DNA of 64,000 bases from Vicugna vicugna (lineage: Eukaryota): NCBI GenBank assembly GCA_013265495.1, contig MU061538.1, positions 62,001 through 126,000 of the forward strand, written 5' to 3'. The position numbers and the translations under genes were made by a program. Of this stretch, positions 59,274 through 64,000 are shown piece by piece (position 1 is the stretch's first letter; every line of letters begins with the position of its first letter). The notes under the pieces are model-generated. The model worked only from the letters and a program-made list of their open reading frames with translations, had not been told where the DNA came from and did no database searches.

Positions 59274-59369
59274 GTGCTGAGCTACTTCCACCACCAGAAG
59301 GAAGCGCGGCAGGGGGCGGAGGAGATGCTTCACAGGCTGTACAGGCCTGTCCTTTGGAGAGGACTGAAG
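59274..59369 (+). CDS. NCAPG2: NCAPG2 exon 10 (VLSYFHHQKEARQGAEEMLHRLYRPVLWRGLK)
   Basis: ctctag| acceptor, |gtgcgc donor, 96 nt. Confidence 0.94.
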
Positions 59370-59996
59370 GTGCGCCGCTTGGCCTGCTGCGCCTGGAGCG
59401 CTGGCCACGTTGCTGACGTTAACACGCTCTGACTCAGAGTTGCAGTAAGGCAGTAAAAATAAGACTCGAGGCTGGGAGTGTTAGGAAAGTTTGGATGAAT
59501 AATTTATTCTTCTGTTAAAAGCATTTCTTGAGTGGGAGCCTGGGTTGGCTGAGCGCTGCAGCACAGCTGTGAGAAGGGCGGTCTTGCCCAGTGAGCTGGC
59601 AGAGACGCTGGGGGTCTGCAGAGCTGCGTGGGCCACCCCGTCCTCAGGACCGCCTGCTGGTGGCCGGGGACAGAATGTCAGCACTCTAGGGAGGCGTTAG
59701 GGGGACTCACGGGCAGTTTTAACGCAGGGAGCTCCAGGTTGGGAGTGGGATGGTCACTGCTCCTGATGACACAAGGTGGGCTGTGACGCAAGGAGGCGTC
59801 CTCTTGTGTCTATCGACGTCGAGCTGGGGGCGCACCTCCCTTACGGAGGGTCTCACAGTTCGTTTAGTTTGTGTACGGTTGTCTTTAATTTGCAAGTGCG
59901 TCGGTGTTGAGATACTGGCGGTGATCCTTCAGGAGCCGCACATGGAAGGCTCTGAGGGGCCTCTCTGGATGCTGGAACTTGCTTTCATCACTGCAG

Positions 59997-60122
59997 GCCA
60001 GAAACTCGGAAGTCCGGTGCAACGCTGCGCTGCTGTTCGTTGAAGCATTTCCCATTAGGGATCCAAGCTTCAGTGCCATCGAAATGGACAGCGAGATTCA
60101 GAAACAGTTTGAAGAACTGTAT
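59997..60122 (+). CDS. NCAPG2: NCAPG2 exon 11 (ARNSEVRCNAALLFVEAFPIRDPSFSAIEMDSEIQKQFEELY); gene continues beyond the window
   Basis: ctgcag| acceptor, |gtacgt donor, 126 nt; next exon not found before 64000. Confidence 0.95.
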
Positions 60123-61189
60123 GTACGTGTCTCACGTGGTTGAGCTCCTTAGGCCGCAGCTCCGCAGGGCCCGGCGTGCGTCCTGGCCGCCCCTGAGCTG
60201 TGCCGTGCTGCCCTCAGAGGACACGCTCTTGCAGGAGACCTGTGCTCTGCCACTGTCTCCTGTGCGGGTGGGCCCAGAGTGTCCTTTCTCTTCCTCTCAG
60301 TCTCCTCTGGAGCGTCTGTTTACTACTGTCTGTGGTTTCCAGCATCTTAAAGGTACTCCTGTCCCCGGCAGAGAGGCAGCAGAACAGGGTGGTGAAGACA
60401 GACCCCGGCTTGAGTCCATCCCTCGTTTAATAGCTGTGGGGCTTCGGGCACTTTGTGAATTGAGGGTGGCAGTTCTGGCCACCAGAAAGTTGTGGGGCAG
60501 TGTCAGTGAGCTAACGCTGGTTACGTTTTAAGGCAAACTGGCAAGTAATGCCTTTTGCAGTTGATTGTTTTCAGATGCCTGATCTCCACACAAGACGTGC
60601 GGACGTGAGGGGTGTTGTTAACCGTCCCCTGGCGGGAGCAGTGGTGAAGAGGGTGGTCATGCCCAGTGAGCTGGCAGAGATGCTGGGGGGGTCTTAACTC
60701 CCTCACGGCCCCGGGCAGTTGCAGAGCTCCCTGACCTCCACCGAGAAACTGTGTTGTCCTGGTTCGCAGAGGAACATCTCAGGGAGCGATGGCAAACGAG
60801 GATGTTCCCCGTGCCGCTCCTCAGACGCTCCTTCTGTTTCTCACTGTGAAAAATCTCAGACGTGCAGAACGTGGAAATAACAGTGTACTGAGCACGTGTC
60901 CGCTCACCTCTTCGCATGCAGGTGCACTCACGCACGTCCGTAAACACCCACCCGCACACGCACGGGCCGCACCGCCTAGGGCCAGTAGTCCTCAGTGTCT
61001 GCCGGGTGGGCCTCACCCACACGTGTGTGCATCTGAAAGCCCCTGCAGGGACCCTGGGGGGTCAGGGATGGATGTCTCTGGGGAGGCAGGCGGTGGGCCT
61101 GGCCCGAGCGGAGCACTCGCGAGCGGCGTTGCCAGCAGCTGTGCGGAGGCGCGTGCTGAGGGATCGGGAGCAGGGAGTCCCGTGCTTGT

Positions 61190-61350
61190 TCTGAACCCCA
61201 GCTCCGACTTAACGAGTCTGATCTCTGTCACATTACTTCATCTCTCTCTACACCTGCTTCTTCTTTAAAAGTGGGAATAATATTATACAGGATTGTGACA
61301 AGGTTTCAGTGAAAAATTGTATGTAAAGTGCTTAGCTCAGTCCCTAGCAC
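61190..61350 (+). mobile_element. MIR SINE remnant
   Basis: CTTCATCTCTCT..CTTCTTTAAAAGTGGGAATAATA..CAGGATTGTG..TGTAAAGTGCTTAGC. Confidence 0.6.
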
Positions 61351-62074
61351 TAAGATGGCAGTGGTCATTTGCTGCCCAAAGGAGCGTTACAATACGTGAA
61401 CTGCGGAGCTGTCGCATGGGGTGCCCTGTAACAGAGCGATCTGTGTTGAGACTAACCTGCATGAGGTTTATTTAAATAAATTCAAAACAGATTTTTTTAA
61501 AGACTATTTTAAAAATCAAAAACAGCAATAACAGAGTTTGAGCTTTAAGTCCTGTTTAGGGTGAAGACAGATTTCTAGGGAAAGGCTCGTGTGTGAGCAG
61601 CGTATCCTGTGAAAGCCTTGAATTGCTTTTGGGAGTGAAATAAATGTCGGGGTCTTGGCCGGTGACGATAATTGCTGGGCGAGCATCAGTGGCTCTACTT
61701 TGCTGCAGGGAGGCAGAGTCCTCTGACTGTTTGAATCCGAAATGTTCTGTACTTTTCTGTGACATTGACTTATAGTTTGGCCAAGTGGAGAATTTTGTAC
61801 TCAAAATAATTTTTTTATTCCAGGACTGCCAAAATATTTAGTATTATTTTCTAGCATTGAGGGTTTCTGAAACTTTAAGGATGTTTCTATCATTTGATTT
61901 TTTTTCTGCTGCCTTACCATGAAATCCAGTCTGTGGGTCTGAATCTTAGAGAAAGGAAGTTTCCTTAATAGTATGTTTCTTTTCTTCTTTCCGGTGTTTG
62001 TTTGTTGCTAGCTCCTTTTAGGAGACAGTGCAATATCGTAGTTGAGTTAATAACAGTAATAGTTACGAGCAGGA

Positions 62075-62310
62075 GCTGTCTTTGTAAAGGGCCAGATAAT
62101 GGAGATTTTAGGTGTGTGGGCCCCGTGGTCGCAGCTGTCCCACCTGCCGCGCTGCACAGAGAGGAGTAGATGGCGAAGTTTGAATTTCACATCATGCTTC
62201 TGTGTCACAAGCTATTATTCTCCCAACCTTTTCCAACCATTTAGAAATGAAGACCACAGAGATGGGCATGGGCCGGATTTGGCCTCAGGTTGGGTTCCTG
62301 ACCCTGGGTC
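62075..62310. mobile_element. hAT-Charlie MER58-like element
   Basis: TGTAAAGGGCCAGATA..ATTTTAGG..GTGGGCC ... GGGCCGGATTTGGCC..TGACCCTG. Confidence 0.65.
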
Positions 62311-64000
62311 AGGGCCCGAGGTGGTGGGAGCGGGTCTTGTGAGGAGGGAAGGTCCTCAGGCAAGAGTGGGGTTGCCCTGCGCTGTCAGCTTCCTGAGCTG
62401 AAGGAGGGGGGCAGTGCTGAGGGGCAGGCCGGCACCCCCGGCATGTGTGGTGTGTGTCTGTGTGTGTGCGCGTGCGCGCGCGGCCACGCGGTCAGGGTGT
62501 CCCCTTGCAGAAACGGCCCACAGGGTAAGCCCCATCACCTTGGCGGCTGCGTGGCTGCCTGGAAACACAGATGCAGACCCCAGACTTGTGAGACTGTACG
62601 TTACAAGGCGATTACCCAGAATTGTTTTGGAAGAGTAATGTTGGAAGTAATTCATAGAAAACAAAACTTATAAAACCTGTGAGTGCCTAAGGTTCTCTTC
62701 AGTTTTTCATTTTAATTTTTAATGTCGTTTCCTTGCTATTTGCTTTTCTCAAGTGACCTGTCATCTTCACTTTTCCATCCTTGTCTCTGAATGAAGGGTC
62801 AGGGTCGAGAGGCAGCACTTGTGTGAGTGCAGGGCCCATCTGCAGGAGGCTGCTGCCTGCCTGGCGACCTGGGCTGCTTTTGCATCAGCGCACAGGGCGC
62901 GTCAGCACGTGGGGCGCCCTCGGGTCCCGCGCAGGGAGCCAGTGGCCTGGTGACCCCTGTTGGGGGAAGGGGGTTCCTTTCCGGCTGCCTGGTGCCCTCC
63001 TCTTCCTGCTTTCCTGCTGGAGGTTTGGGGTGATTGCCGATCCTTCTGTGCTCCTGGTCTGTTTTGAGAACTCTTTCAGGCAGATCATTCATCCCGGAAC
63101 TCCCCTGTGTCCATGGAGGCCTGGCCCCAGGTCCCGGCTGGCCCGACTCTGCAGCCTTGCGGTGCCCGTCTTGACGCTCCACCCTCCCTGCGGCCACCCT
63201 GTCATTGTGGGCGGATGTTGGGGAGAGGAGAAGTGCTTACTCATCCTACCTCGGCCTTCTTTGGGCTAACTGTGGAGTCAGAACTGTTTTTTGTTCTTAA
63301 ACTTTGACCTGGAGAGTTTCATGTGTTGAGGCCCATGTGCCTGGCGCTGCTGGCCCTGCCCGTGTGTCTCCGTCCCTGTTTAGAAGCGAGTCTGCGCCAT
63401 GTGACACTTCTGTAGGTAGTGGAGGTGTCCCTAAAAGATAAGCATGATCCGACCATTGTCACAAGATGACAGTGATTCCTTCAGGTCGTTTTTTAGTGAC
63501 ATTTCAGTAACAGTCTGGGTTTTACAGAACCTGTCCCTGTTTGATGTTACTATGTTCCTCTGCCCTTTGTGTTTCCTGTAAGCTGGTGGCTAAATTCAGA
63601 GCTGAACAGAGTCATGTTTCTGTGTGGCTTGTTGGTCACGCTAGGTTCTTGGTGGGGTTGTTGTGAGCTACAGCCCGGGGCTGTGTACCGTCTTACCTCT
63701 CTGCCAGCACCCAGTGGCAGCCACTGCCTGGGTTAATCCATCACACGAAGAATTATTTTGTTTTGGTGCATTGCAGCACTTTGGAAGTTGGAGGGTGTTA
63801 CCCAGGCTGTCTCCCAGGACTGGCAGGGCGGGAGGCCCTGCGTGTCCCATGTGTGATCAGGGCCTGCTCAGTGGAGGCCGGCAGACGGGCTGGGCAGACG
63901 AGGCACCGTGTGCCTGGACTGTCCACTTGGAACACTCAGCTCTGGAGGTGATGTACTCGGAGGCCCTGAGCCTGTGGGATACTCTCCAGCTGGCAACGTC

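Noticed and set aside
61347..61363. CTCF-like AGATGGCAGTG
   Set aside because: Only the 3' half of the motif matches and it sits at the edge of a MIR remnant
1..64000. A novel multi-gene system, CRISPR array or prokaryotic-style operon
   Set aside because: The window is explained by two known spliced mammalian genes plus repeats. The tandem repeats have no unique spacers and no cas-like genes are present.

Overview
Mammalian genomic DNA, not prokaryotic. A tRNA-derived SINE of camelid type suggests Camelus, Vicugna or Lama. Two known genes lie head-to-tail on the + strand. (1) The 3' part of ESYT2 (extended synaptotagmin-2): 16 coding exons traced from 1957 to the TAG at 26646-26648. They cover the end of the SMP domain, C2A, C2B, the linker and C2C, and include the 63-nt cassette exon that the ORF track misses. 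(2) The 5' part of NCAPG2 (condensin II subunit G2): a CpG-island promoter with CDE/CHR, E2F and GC-box motifs, a non-coding exon 1 and coding exons 2-11 (ATG at 41304). The gene continues past the window. All junctions were checked by hand for AG/GT and phase continuity. The rest is intronic or intergenic DNA with L1, SINE, Tigger and hAT remnants, minisatellites and a 50-N gap. I found no support for a previously undescribed biological system, and the long ORF-track entries outside these exons look like GC-rich noise. The best leads are regulatory or evolutionary: QKI/RBFOX motifs and candidate poison micro-exons near the ESYT2 cassette exon, overlapping uORFs on NCAPG2, a GC-biased substitution signature, and two short local duplications. 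Comparisons with human proteins and repeat consensi are from memory and need alignment.
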